Shown one piece after another: positions 1 to 8,267 of a DNA stretch of 55,610 nucleotides. The stretch comes from an uncultured virus (IMG/VR IMGVR_UViG_3300003394_000004) (Duplodnaviria > Heunggongvirae > Uroviricota > Caudoviricetes), in IMG/VR virus record IMGVR_UViG_3300003394_000004, positions 62,001-117,610 of that record. One strand, given 5' to 3'. The position numbers and the translations under genes were made by a program. Under the pieces are notes generated by a model that searched no databases, had not been told where the DNA came from, and worked only from the letters and a program-made list of their open reading frames with translations. Within the stretch, counting starts at the first letter, position 1. Each line of letters begins with the position of its first letter.

Positions 1-1
1 A

Positions 2-424
2 TCACAAACATGGGCTAAGAAACACATTCTTGGTTTTTCTGATGAAGATATTAAACTTGATTTACAACAACAAAGAGTTGAGAAAGCGGTTGCCGCTGAA
101 ATTGAAGCAACACCTAATGTTATAACACATACCGGATTATTCGATAATATTGATAAACTTTATGGTAATGGTCCATCATCAGGAACAACATCTCCACCGG
201 CTGAAGGTGGTGGATTAGGGGCTGATTTAGGTGGAGCTCCACCGGCAGGAGGTGAACTTCCACCGGCTGAAGGTGAAACTGCAATCACACCTGAATCTGT
301 TAAAAAGAATATGAATATATTATTAGAAAGAGATAATGTTTATGGTGTTGATGAAATTGATTTGGAAAAAGGTAGACGTTCTTTAGGTATTATTGAAGAA
401 CAATTAGGAAAACTAATTGATTGA
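2..424 (+). CDS. gp20: Portal vertex protein, C-terminal fragment (T4 gp20-like), 5'-truncated by the window
   Basis: Not in the ORF track. Frame 2 reads SQTWAKKHILGFSDEDIKLDLQQQRVEK..., then a G/P-rich tail, ending LGKLID* (TGA 422-424). The S..W..K.IL..SDEDI motif matches the gp20 C-terminus, and it lies upstream of protease, scaffold and capsid genes. Confidence 0.8.
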   Translation, partial: SQTWAKKHILGFSDEDIKLDLQQQRVEKAVAAEIEATPNVITHTGLFDNIDKLYGNGPSSGTTSPPAEGGGLGADLGGAPPAGGELPPAEGETAITPESVKKNMNILLERDNVYGVDEIDLEKGRRSLGIIEEQLGKLID

Positions 425-426
425 TA

Positions 427-433
427 TATTTAT
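427..433 (+). promoter_or_regulatory. Putative late promoter motif TATTTAT
   Basis: ATATTTATT ends 4 nt before ATG 438. The same motif recurs upstream of many structural genes. Confidence 0.55.
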
Positions 434-437
434 TAAT

Positions 438-1142
438 ATGAAATTTGGACAATTACTTAGCAAAATTGAAGGATTAATGGTTAATTCTTATGTAAATGAA
501 ACAACAAAATTTGAGGTGAGGAACTTCAAAAAATTGGTATTGGAAAACAAAAATGTTAGTACAATGTTTTACATTTATACTGAATTGTCCAAGAAAAAAG
601 GTTATGATAAGACATTATCTGAGGCTTACATCAATGAATCTTTAAGACAAGTTGAAAAAATTCTTCCGAAATTAAATACCCAAAAAATTGAATATTGGGT
701 TAAAGATGTTGTTAGTGAAAATAACTACAAAAATATTGACAATTTAATTTATAATTCTCCTGATAAAATTATGGAGAATGTTGAAAGCAGAAACACTTTG
801 ATAAAAACTTTAAGTGAAACCACTGAAGTTAAAACTGCGATACAACTACCAATGGAAACTTTATTGAATATTGCCAATAGAGAAATTAGTTCTTATATTG
901 AAAATTTAGATGAGGATTCTAAAAGAGACTTATCTAAAGTGTTAATGACTGAAGATACTGAATTATCCAAAGAATTTGAAGAATTAAAAACAAAAACAAT
1001 TCATTCATTAAGTAATCTTAATGAATCAATGGATGAAAGTACAACAAAAAAATTACAAGAAACCATCCAACAAATTAAAGGTGAGGTGTTTTCTAAAATC
1101 AATTATGTAAAATTATACAATTTGTATAATAATATTAATTAA
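438..1142 (+). CDS. Hypothetical helical head-module protein
   Basis: ORF 417..1142, with ATG 438 (MKFGQLL) preferred because 417 overlaps the portal stop. Lies between portal and protease. Confidence 0.75.
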   Translation: MKFGQLLSKIEGLMVNSYVNETTKFEVRNFKKLVLENKNVSTMFYIYTELSKKKGYDKTLSEAYINESLRQVEKILPKLNTQKIEYWVKDVVSENNYKNIDNLIYNSPDKIMENVESRNTLIKTLSETTEVKTAIQLPMETLLNIANREISSYIENLDEDSKRDLSKVLMTEDTELSKEFEELKTKTIHSLSNLNESMDESTTKKLQETIQQIKGEVFSKINYVKLYNLYNNIN

Positions 1143-1327
1143 TCTTTAGGTTTTTGTGATTCAACGTATTGAGCCTTTAATTTTTGAACTCTACGTGTAA
1201 CAGATGGTTTTTCATATTGAAGTCTTTCTCTCAATTTTTCATTTTGCTTGGTTTTAATTACCTTTCCTTTTAATTGTTTCAAGGCTTTTTCCAAAGGAGT
1301 TTTTGCATCAATTTTTACTTTTAACAT
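1139..1327 (-). CDS. rpsU: Phage-encoded 30S ribosomal protein bS21
   Basis: 62-aa basic protein MLKVKIDAKTPLEKALKQLKGKVIKTKQNEKLRERLQYEKPSVTRR...KAQY with bS21 hallmarks LEKALK and YEKPSV.RR. The true start is probably ATG 1327. Confidence 0.9.
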   Translation of the reverse strand: MLKVKIDAKTPLEKALKQLKGKVIKTKQNEKLRERLQYEKPSVTRRVQKLKAQYVESQKPKD

Positions 1328-1359
1328 ATTATAGTAAATAATACAAAGTTGGTAAAAAT

Positions 1360-1388
1360 TTGACAATAGAAACAAATTAGATTATTTT
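1360..1388 (+). promoter_or_regulatory. Sigma70-like promoter TTGACA-N17-TATTTT
   Basis: TTGACA 1360-1365, 17-nt spacer, TATTTT 1383-1388, in the intergenic region upstream of ORF 1426. Confidence 0.45.
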
Positions 1389-1425
1389 TTTTCAAACAAT
1401 AAACAATTTATACACATGAATATTA

Positions 1426-1872
1426 ATGAAAAAAGGAAAAACATCACGAATTGTAGGATTCAACAATTCAAAAGTGAGTTATGGAACAGTTGATTCCAAA
1501 AATTTTAAATCGGTTTATCTTAATCTACAAAGTTGGGTTTCACCAAAACAAAGTTATAACAATTGGGAAAGAATAGTATCAAATTTTAGTAGACAGATAA
1601 AACATACAATATTTGAAATACTAGACCCAACATTTTTTAAAGACAATTATATTATTGACTTGGATTTAAGAACTAGCGGGATTGTTTACGGGAAGAAAAG
1701 TTTTATGAATTTGGAAATTACTTTATTCTTATCTCAAGAAATAGATTTTAAAGATACAATTCTTAAAGATAAATTAAAAAGAATTGCCAAAGAAATTTAT
1801 ATTGAAAACTTTAAAAAGAACGAGTATTTTGATTTTACACTATCTAAAAAGAGCAAAGAAGAAGCATCCTAG
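1426..1872 (+). CDS. Hypothetical protein
   Basis: 148-aa ORF filling the gap between bS21 and the protease. No motif recognised. Confidence 0.75.
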   Translation: MKKGKTSRIVGFNNSKVSYGTVDSKNFKSVYLNLQSWVSPKQSYNNWERIVSNFSRQIKHTIFEILDPTFFKDNYIIDLDLRTSGIVYGKKSFMNLEITLFLSQEIDFKDTILKDKLKRIAKEIYIENFKKNEYFDFTLSKKSKEEAS

Positions 1873-1879
1873 TATTTAT
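1873..1879 (+). promoter_or_regulatory. Putative late promoter motif TATTTAT
   Basis: GTATTTATT 15 nt before the protease ATG. Confidence 0.55.
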
Positions 1880-1894
1880 TACTAAAACATACGT

Positions 1895-2626
1895 ATGAAA
1901 ATATTAGGACCTACCGAGACAGGTAAAGGAATATTGATTGAAATGGACGCAGGATATGTGTCACCATCTCATGAATTTAATAAAAAGATGCTTGAAGAAA
2001 ATCACAAGAATTTCTTGGATTATTCAAAACCTTTTGAATTCTATGCCGTACTTCAAAAATACAACACACCAAACCGTAATGGTAGGGTGTACCCTGAAAG
2101 AATTTTAAAACGTGAATCTGAAAATTATAAAAAGATGATTGAAAAAGGAACATCTCTTTCAGAATTAAATCACCCTGAATCATCATTAATTGACCTTGAC
2201 CGTGTGTCTCACATCATTAATGACATTTGGTGGGACGGACATATCCTTATGGGTAAGTTACGTCTTCTAACCTCACCAGGATTCCATGAGAGAGGGATTG
2301 TATCTACAAAGGGTGACCAAGCAGCAAACTTGTTAAGACAAGGTGTTACTTTGGGTATATCTTCACGTGGAGTTGGTTCATTAAAAAAGACTGGTGAACA
2401 AAATGAAGTACAAGATGATTTTGAATTAATCTGTTTTGATTTGGTATCTTCACCATCTACACCCGGTGCTTACTTATTTACAAATCCTGATGATAGAAAC
2501 AAATTTGAAGAAAATTTAGAAGAAGAAAAAGTTTTAAGAACATCTCCAATAGAACAAGAAAGTGGAACAAAAATGAATCGCTCTATTGACTTATTAAAAA
2601 AATTAAATCATTATTTAGACAAATAA
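1895..2626 (+). CDS. gp21: Prohead core protease (T4 gp21-like)
   Basis: Motifs NRNGRVYP, ELNHP, DRVSH, LGISSRGVGS and DLVSSPSTPGAY. Confidence 0.95.
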   Translation: MKILGPTETGKGILIEMDAGYVSPSHEFNKKMLEENHKNFLDYSKPFEFYAVLQKYNTPNRNGRVYPERILKRESENYKKMIEKGTSLSELNHPESSLIDLDRVSHIINDIWWDGHILMGKLRLLTSPGFHERGIVSTKGDQAANLLRQGVTLGISSRGVGSLKKTGEQNEVQDDFELICFDLVSSPSTPGAYLFTNPDDRNKFEENLEEEKVLRTSPIEQESGTKMNRSIDLLKKLNHYLDK

Positions 2627-2637
2627 TTTAAAAAAAC

Positions 2638-2850
2638 ATGGACGAGAAATATTTTGTAGCAAAAGTACAGTACGATTTACCTGATGAAAATACAGGAAAA
2701 TTAAAAAAAATCCGAGAGGAAAAATTGGTTAAAGGTTACTCTGTAACTGATGTTGAAGCCAAGGTAACATCCCGATATACTGGGTTTCAACATGATTGGA
2801 GAATCACAGCGGTCTCCGAAAGTAAAATAGACGAAGTTATTCAAGATTAA
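2638..2850 (+). CDS. DUF4494-like small protein
   Basis: YFVAKVQY...GKLKKIREEKLV.GYSVTDVEAKV resembles the Bacteroidota DUF4494 pattern (WF..K..Y...G..KKV.E..LV.A.SFTEAEA). Confidence 0.6.
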   Translation: MDEKYFVAKVQYDLPDENTGKLKKIREEKLVKGYSVTDVEAKVTSRYTGFQHDWRITAVSESKIDEVIQD

Positions 2851-2851
2851 T

Positions 2852-2880
2852 AAAAACCCCTCATAACCGAGGGGTTTTTT
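2852..2880 (+). terminator. Rho-independent terminator, potentially bidirectional
   Basis: AAAAACCCCTC-ataacc-GAGGGGTTTTTT directly after stop 2850. Confidence 0.9.
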
Positions 2881-2932
2881 ATTTATTTAGGGTTTTTACT
2901 AAGCCCAAACAGAATTTTTTGGCATATGGATA

Positions 2933-2939
2933 TATTTAT
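2933..2939 (+). promoter_or_regulatory. Putative late promoter motif TATTTAT for the scaffold-capsid operon
   Basis: ATATTTATA lies between the terminator and the scaffold ATG 2963, where a new promoter is needed. Confidence 0.6.
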
Positions 2940-2962
2940 ATGTTAAATTATTCTATAATAAT

Positions 2963-4576
2963 ATGACAGAAAAAAAGTCGTTAGTTGAGGAAGCACTACT
3001 ACAAATGAGAAATTTGGAACAAGTAGTTGCCGAAAATGCAAAAGGAATACTTGCTTCTACAATGAAGGAAGAAATCTCAGAATTAGTAAAAGAGTCTTTG
3101 AAAAACGAGGCTGAAGATGAATCAATGGGAGTTGAAATGGATGATGAATCGGAAGATGATTTAGACATGGATATGGATATGGATTCTGATGATGAAAACA
3201 TGGATGATGTTGAAATGGACATTGATATGGATTCTGACGATGATGAATCGGAAGATGAACTTGAGATGGACTTTGATATGGATTCTGATGATACACTACC
3301 AATTGACCTTACAAACGCATCTGATGATGAAATCTTAAAGGTTTTTAAATCTATGAGTGATGAAGATGGTATCATTGTTAAACAAGATGGCGACCAAATT
3401 ACTTTGAGTGATGAAGACGAAGATGTTGAATACATTATTCAAACTGAAAGTTACATGGAAAACGAACCTATGCAAGAAATGGATGGAGAAGAAGAATTAT
3501 CAGACGAGGATTTAGATTCTATGATGGCTGATATTTTCGGTGAAGAGATGAACATTTACGAACAACCGAATGATTATGGTGATGATAATGAGGATGGTGT
3601 TGTTGATGAGGATGAAGTAGTGTATGAAATAGAAATGGATGATTACATGGATGATGATAGTGATGATAAAAGCATGAATGATTATAGTGGTGATGAAAGC
3701 ATGTTTGAAGGTAAAATGACAATTAAACCAGTTATGGGTAAATTAACTAAATCCTCTTTAACTAACAAAGTTAAAAAAATGGAAACTAAAGAAGGGTCAA
3801 TGATGAGTAAACCTGTAGTAGGTAAAGGTGTTAAAACCGGAAGTGCTAAATTTGAATATAAAGAAGGTAGAAAAATGGAAACCAAAGAATCGGCTATTGA
3901 ACCAAAAGGTATGGCTAAAGGAGTTGGTATGAATTTGAAACCTAAAAAGTTTGAATACACTGAAGCTGAAATGAAAGATAAGTATGGTTCTAAAAAACAC
4001 GAATACAGACGTAAGGATGTTGATGGTGTTGAAAAGAAAGCTGGTGAAAAAGATGGTCATTACAAAGATTACGAAAAAGAGGAAACTAAAGAAGCGGCTA
4101 GAACATTAGGTAATGGAACTAGAAATTATGCTGAAAGAAAAGGTTTACCTAAAATGAAAGTAATTCCAAATCAAGCTCTTGCTGAGGAAGTTGAAAGATT
4201 AAGAGAAAAAAATGAAGAGTATAGAAAAGCTCTTAATATCTTCAGAGATAAATTAAATGAAGTTGCAGTATTTAATTCAAACTTGGCTTACGCTACAAGA
4301 TTGTTTACTGAACATACTACAACTAAACAAGAAAAAATTAATATCTTAAGAAGATTTGATGATGTTGAATCATTAAAAGAGTCTAAAACTTTATATTCAT
4401 CAATTAAAGGAGAATTAAACACAACAAGTAGTACTCAAAGTGTTGTAACAGAATCTATTGAAAAAATTGGAAAATCTCCAGCATCAGGTTCTTCACAAAA
4501 CTTAATTGAGTCAAAAACGTATGAAAATCCACAGTTCTTAAGAATGAAGGATATTATGCAAAAAATACAAAAATAA
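2963..4576 (+). CDS. Prohead core/scaffold protein (gp22-like)
   Basis: Located between protease and MCP. Highly acidic D/E/M-rich middle, coiled-coil C-terminus (EEVERLREKNEEYRKAL...LNEVAVFNSNLAY) and many L/I-x-E sites. Confidence 0.8.
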   Translation: MTEKKSLVEEALLQMRNLEQVVAENAKGILASTMKEEISELVKESLKNEAEDESMGVEMDDESEDDLDMDMDMDSDDENMDDVEMDIDMDSDDDESEDELEMDFDMDSDDTLPIDLTNASDDEILKVFKSMSDEDGIIVKQDGDQITLSDEDEDVEYIIQTESYMENEPMQEMDGEEELSDEDLDSMMADIFGEEMNIYEQPNDYGDDNEDGVVDEDEVVYEIEMDDYMDDDSDDKSMNDYSGDESMFEGKMTIKPVMGKLTKSSLTNKVKKMETKEGSMMSKPVVGKGVKTGSAKFEYKEGRKMETKESAIEPKGMAKGVGMNLKPKKFEYTEAEMKDKYGSKKHEYRRKDVDGVEKKAGEKDGHYKDYEKEETKEAARTLGNGTRNYAERKGLPKMKVIPNQALAEEVERLREKNEEYRKALNIFRDKLNEVAVFNSNLAYATRLFTEHTTTKQEKINILRRFDDVESLKESKTLYSSIKGELNTTSSTQSVVTESIEKIGKSPASGSSQNLIESKTYENPQFLRMKDIMQKIQK

Positions 4577-4612
4577 AAATAAATAAAACTTAAAAACAAA
4601 AAAAATACTAAA

Positions 4613-6469
4613 ATGGGTGCATTATTAGAAAGCGGTCTTGTTGGTAACATTGGTTTGAAACACCTTAAAGTTATCAAAGAAGACACAATCAACAAATGGG
4701 ATAAACTTGGCTTTTTAGAAGGTCTAAAAGGTCACATGAAAGAAAACGTGGCTCAGTTGTATGAAAACCAAGCTTCACACTTAATTAACGAAGCTTCTTC
4801 AACTTCTGATTCAGGTTCTTTTGAAACGGTTGTTTTCCCAATCGTGAGAAGAGTATTCTCTAAATTATTAGCTAACGACATCGTGTCTGTACAAGCAATG
4901 AACTTACCAATCGGTAAATTGTTCTACTTCGTACCTAAAATTCAAGGTTATTCTGGTGGTACATCAACAGATGGTCTATTTGGAAATAGTGGTTCACACT
5001 ACGCTCCTATAGGTGCTCCAGGAAACTATAATGGTAATCCAGATGCTGGTTACAATTCAGGAACAGGTGACTTCAACCCTATTTACAATAAGGATTTATA
5101 TGACTTATTCTACGAAGGTAACGAAGCTGGATTAAATCCTCCTGGTTTGTTTGACTATTCAAAAGGTCAGTGGACAGCAGTAACTGCTTCAACTGTAACT
5201 TACGCTTGGTCTAACGCTGGTTATTTATTACCTGCAGCATACGGTACAGATAATTACAGAAAAGTAATTATTGTTATGAGTGGTTTCTCTAACGCTGGTG
5301 CTGGTCAATTGATTGGTCCTAATGGTAATACTATGGATACTGAAGAATTCATATCAGGTTTGAACATCTTAGGTGTTTCTACTAACGGAACAACTTCAGC
5401 TAACACAAGTAACCCTTACTTATTCAGAGTTGTAACTCAAAGATATGGTAAAGGTATTGTTCAGTATGGTAGTAATGTTACAGTTAATTTCCCTGGTGGA
5501 CCTGGTGCTTACAACGCTAACTCAGGTGGTTCTTTCTACAACGTATGTGATGCTAATGGTTTCATATTCTTAGAAATTGATTTACAAGTACCAGTTTGTA
5601 TTACTTGTGGTGATTCATCTATGGACGGTTACACAGGTTCAACATTCTCATCTACAACAAGTTCAAATAATGCATTCTTAGCAGTTTACAGATTGTATAA
5701 AGAGTTGGAATTTGAAGACCAAATCGGTGAAGTTTCTTTTGACCTTGAGTCAGTAACTGTTTCTGTTACAGAAAGAAAATTGAGAGCACAATGGTCTCCT
5801 GAATTAGCTCAAGACGTTGCGGCATTCCACAACATTGATGCTGAGGCTGAATTAACAGCATTATTATCTGAGCAAGTTGCTGCAGAAATTGATAGAGAAA
5901 TCTTGAGAGATTTGAGAAAAGGTGCAGCTTGGAACTTGAGATGGGATTACAACGGTTGGAAGAGACTATCTTCTGCTGGTACAACTCCTTACACTCAAAA
6001 AGATTGGAACCAAACTTTGATTACAGCAATTAACCAATTGTCTGCTCAAATTCACAAATCAACTTTAAGAGGTGGTGCTAACTGGATTGTTGTATCTTCT
6101 GAAGTATCTGCTATCTTTGATGACTTGGAATACTTCCACGTATCAAATGCAGCTCCTGAGCAAGACCAATACAACATGGGTATTGAAAGAGTTGGTACAT
6201 TGTCAGGAAGATACCAAGTGTATCGTGACCCTTACTTCCCAGCTAACCAAGTGTTAATCGGACACAAAGGTACTAGCTTGTTGGATACAGGGTACATCTA
6301 CGCTCCATATGTTCCTTTACAGTTGACTCCAACTATGTATAACCCATTCAACTTCACACCTATCAAGGGTATCATGACAAGATACGCTAAGAAAATGGTT
6401 AACAACCGTTTCTATGGTAGAGTAACAGTTGATGGTGTAAGAACATTCAACTTACAAGAATTAAGATAA
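4613..6469 (+). CDS. gp23: Major capsid protein (T4 gp23-like)
   Basis: Motifs LYENQ, FPIVRRVF, VSVQAMNLPIGKLFY, RKLRAQWSPELAQD, AEIDREI, RGGANWIVVS, YAPYVPL and GIMTRYA. Confidence 0.97.
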   Translation: MGALLESGLVGNIGLKHLKVIKEDTINKWDKLGFLEGLKGHMKENVAQLYENQASHLINEASSTSDSGSFETVVFPIVRRVFSKLLANDIVSVQAMNLPIGKLFYFVPKIQGYSGGTSTDGLFGNSGSHYAPIGAPGNYNGNPDAGYNSGTGDFNPIYNKDLYDLFYEGNEAGLNPPGLFDYSKGQWTAVTASTVTYAWSNAGYLLPAAYGTDNYRKVIIVMSGFSNAGAGQLIGPNGNTMDTEEFISGLNILGVSTNGTTSANTSNPYLFRVVTQRYGKGIVQYGSNVTVNFPGGPGAYNANSGGSFYNVCDANGFIFLEIDLQVPVCITCGDSSMDGYTGSTFSSTTSSNNAFLAVYRLYKELEFEDQIGEVSFDLESVTVSVTERKLRAQWSPELAQDVAAFHNIDAEAELTALLSEQVAAEIDREILRDLRKGAAWNLRWDYNGWKRLSSAGTTPYTQKDWNQTLITAINQLSAQIHKSTLRGGANWIVVSSEVSAIFDDLEYFHVSNAAPEQDQYNMGIERVGTLSGRYQVYRDPYFPANQVLIGHKGTSLLDTGYIYAPYVPLQLTPTMYNPFNFTPIKGIMTRYAKKMVNNRFYGRVTVDGVRTFNLQELR

Positions 6470-6486
6470 TTTATCTTAAAACTTAT

Positions 6487-6515
6487 AAAAAAAGGGAACT
6501 TCGGTTCCCTTTTTT
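6487..6515 (+). terminator. Rho-independent terminator with cUUCGg tetraloop
   Basis: AAAAAAAGGGAAC-TTCG-GTTCCCTTTTTT after the MCP stop. Confidence 0.95.
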
Positions 6516-6527
6516 GTTTTTACGTGG

Positions 6528-6534
6528 TATTTAT
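6528..6534 (+). promoter_or_regulatory. Putative late promoter motif TATTTAT
   Basis: GTATTTATA between the MCP terminator and ATG 6559. Confidence 0.6.
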
Positions 6535-6558
6535 ATGTATAAAAAAAATAATTAAATT

Positions 6559-6981
6559 ATGGCCTGTAAAAAATCAACAATAACAAATACTTCAGAAAGT
6601 ATTAAAGTAATATCATACACAAGATGTGATGATAATTTTGTATTTAATAATTACGAAATTCAAGGAAACGAAACCGTAAACATTTGGTATGTTGATGGTA
6701 CATATAAAACGGCGTTTTCAAATTTAACAATAGATTCTACAATTGAATGGCCACCAGTTACTCAAACACCAAGCAATACCGCAACTCCTTCAGTAACTCC
6801 AAGTGTAACTCCAACAAATACAGTAACACCAAGTGTAACTCCAACAAATACAGTAACACCAAGTGTAACTCCAACAAATACAGTAACACCTACGGTTACT
6901 CCAAGTGTAACCACAACTAATACATCAACACCTACGGTTACTCCAACAAAAACACCTACACCCACACCATCAAGACCTTAA
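6559..6981 (+). CDS. Small protein with an N-terminal Cys-containing module and a Thr/Pro-rich mucin-like tail (putative virion decoration)
   Basis: About 65-aa globular part followed by (TPSVTPTNTV)n. Directly downstream of MCP, with its own TATTTAT motif. Confidence 0.7.
   Translation: MACKKSTITNTSESIKVISYTRCDDNFVFNNYEIQGNETVNIWYVDGTYKTAFSNLTIDSTIEWPPVTQTPSNTATPSVTPSVTPTNTVTPSVTPTNTVTPSVTPTNTVTPTVTPSVTTTNTSTPTVTPTKTPTPTPSRP
6791..6890 (+). repeat. Coding 30-bp tandem repeat, about 3.3 copies
   Basis: Unit CAGTAACWCCAAGTGTAACTCCAACAAATA, encoding VTPSVTPTNT. Confidence 0.9.
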
Positions 6982-7217
6982 GAATTTATAACTCTTAAAG
7001 ACTTTGAAACTGCTTCGGTTTCTTCCATTGTAAATGCGCCTCTAACGTGGCAAGCGATTAATGCTTGTCTTATACAATATATCGCTTGTTCTTCATTCAT
7101 ACCATCAATAAGTGAATTTAATTGTTCATTTGAGGTGTAATGTATTGTATCAAAAAGAGAACCAATAATTTCTTGTGTTTTTTTTGACATTTCTTCAGTA
7201 TTTTCAGTATTTTCCAT
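6978..7217 (-). CDS. Hypothetical protein
   Basis: 79-aa ORF sharing a TTAA stop overlap with the convergent gene. Confidence 0.7.
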   Translation of the reverse strand: MENTENTEEMSKKTQEIIGSLFDTIHYTSNEQLNSLIDGMNEEQAIYCIRQALIACHVRGAFTMEETEAVSKSLRVINS

Positions 7218-7266
7218 ATGGTTTTATATTTATGTTAAGTATCGTAATTTTTTTCACAAAAACAAC

Positions 7267-7824
7267 ATGGAACAACAATTAAATGAAGATTTGGCAGTAT
7301 GGTTTGGCAAAAAAAAGGCGCCAAAAGGAAGTAGTCAGCCTAAAGGGCCGTGGGTTAATATTTGTAGGAAAGATAAAGATGGAAAACATCCACCTTGTGG
7401 TCGTTCTGACACTGATAAAGGTGCTTATCCAAAGTGTCGAGCAACAGGTGTTGCGGGTAAAATGAGTGATTCCGCAAAACAAAATGCTTGTAGACAAAAA
7501 AGAGAAGCTGAAAAAAAAGATACTCAATCAGGTAAAGGTCAAAAACCAATAATGACCTCTTATAAACCCAAAAAGAAAAACACTAATGAAGGTATGAGAC
7601 AATTTATTAAGTCCATCCTCAACGAACAGGTCAGAAAAAACAAAATGATAGACCTTGGAGAAATGGTTGAATCGCAATATGCTAAAGATTTAAAAGAAGC
7701 TCGTAAAATTGCACAACAACATTTAAATGAAAACCCAAGATATTATTGTGTATTACACAGAATAGGACTAATTGAAGAAGGACAAACAGAAAAAATCGCT
7801 AAGGAAGTTTGTCCATCAAACTAA
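7267..7824 (+). CDS. Hypothetical basic phage protein with a degenerate DUF5661-like C-terminus (putative head-internal protein)
   Basis: WF...WVNIC...KHPPCGRS...YPKC domain. C-terminal VE....ARKIAQQHLNENPRYY resembles DUF5661. LNE sites; TATTTAT at 7227-7233. Confidence 0.7.
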   Translation: MEQQLNEDLAVWFGKKKAPKGSSQPKGPWVNICRKDKDGKHPPCGRSDTDKGAYPKCRATGVAGKMSDSAKQNACRQKREAEKKDTQSGKGQKPIMTSYKPKKKNTNEGMRQFIKSILNEQVRKNKMIDLGEMVESQYAKDLKEARKIAQQHLNENPRYYCVLHRIGLIEEGQTEKIAKEVCPSN

Positions 7825-8223
7825 TGTTTGTAATATATTCTTAAGAGAATGTTTGATATTGGAAGTAATTTCTTCTTCCATTTTTAATCTTTGACTTTCT
7901 AAAACTTCATTAAAGTGATTTGTTATTTCAATTTTTGATTTGTCTTGAATTACAACCGTATATGAATATTTGTGATTAATTACATTAACTGTATTACCTT
8001 CAATTGTAATAAAAATAGAATTTGCAGGATTGTGTATGTATTTTTTATTTGAAAGTGGTGTCATCAATAATTGAGTATCTGGTTTATCAATCAATTTTTT
8101 ACAAATTGATAAACAATCCAACTCGTATTTTGACCTGTGACCACGTTCGTAGTCCATTTTTCTTGCAGAATCAATGTACATTCGTTGAATCCACCTTTTG
8201 AATATGTGTTTGTATTCTTTCAT
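7816..8223 (-). CDS. Hypothetical protein
   Basis: 135-aa ORF preceded by a host-type promoter. Confidence 0.7.
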   Translation of the reverse strand: MKEYKHIFKRWIQRMYIDSARKMDYERGHRSKYELDCLSICKKLIDKPDTQLLMTPLSNKKYIHNPANSIFITIEGNTVNVINHKYSYTVVIQDKSKIEITNHFNEVLESQRLKMEEEITSNIKHSLKNILQTLV

Positions 8224-8236
8224 TTTAATATGGATT

Positions 8237-8267
8237 CAAAGATAATAATTTTTTTTTGAATTAACAA
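8237..8267 (-). promoter_or_regulatory. Bacteroidota-type housekeeping promoter (-33 TTG / -7 TAnnTTTG)
   Basis: Minus strand reads TTG (8267-8265), N20, TATCTTTG (8244-8237), 13 nt upstream of ATG 8223. Confidence 0.6.

Noticed and set aside
2890..2906. Second small hairpin GGGTTT-ttact-AAGCCC after the terminator, and an AT-only hairpin at 31643-31662
   Set aside because: Too short or weak to distinguish from chance in AT-rich DNA.
2953..4695. Minus-strand ORFs over the scaffold gene (2953..3435, 3057..3302, 3519..3722, 3682..3960, 3797..4060, 4435..4695)
   Set aside because: Antisense shadows of low-complexity coding sequence.
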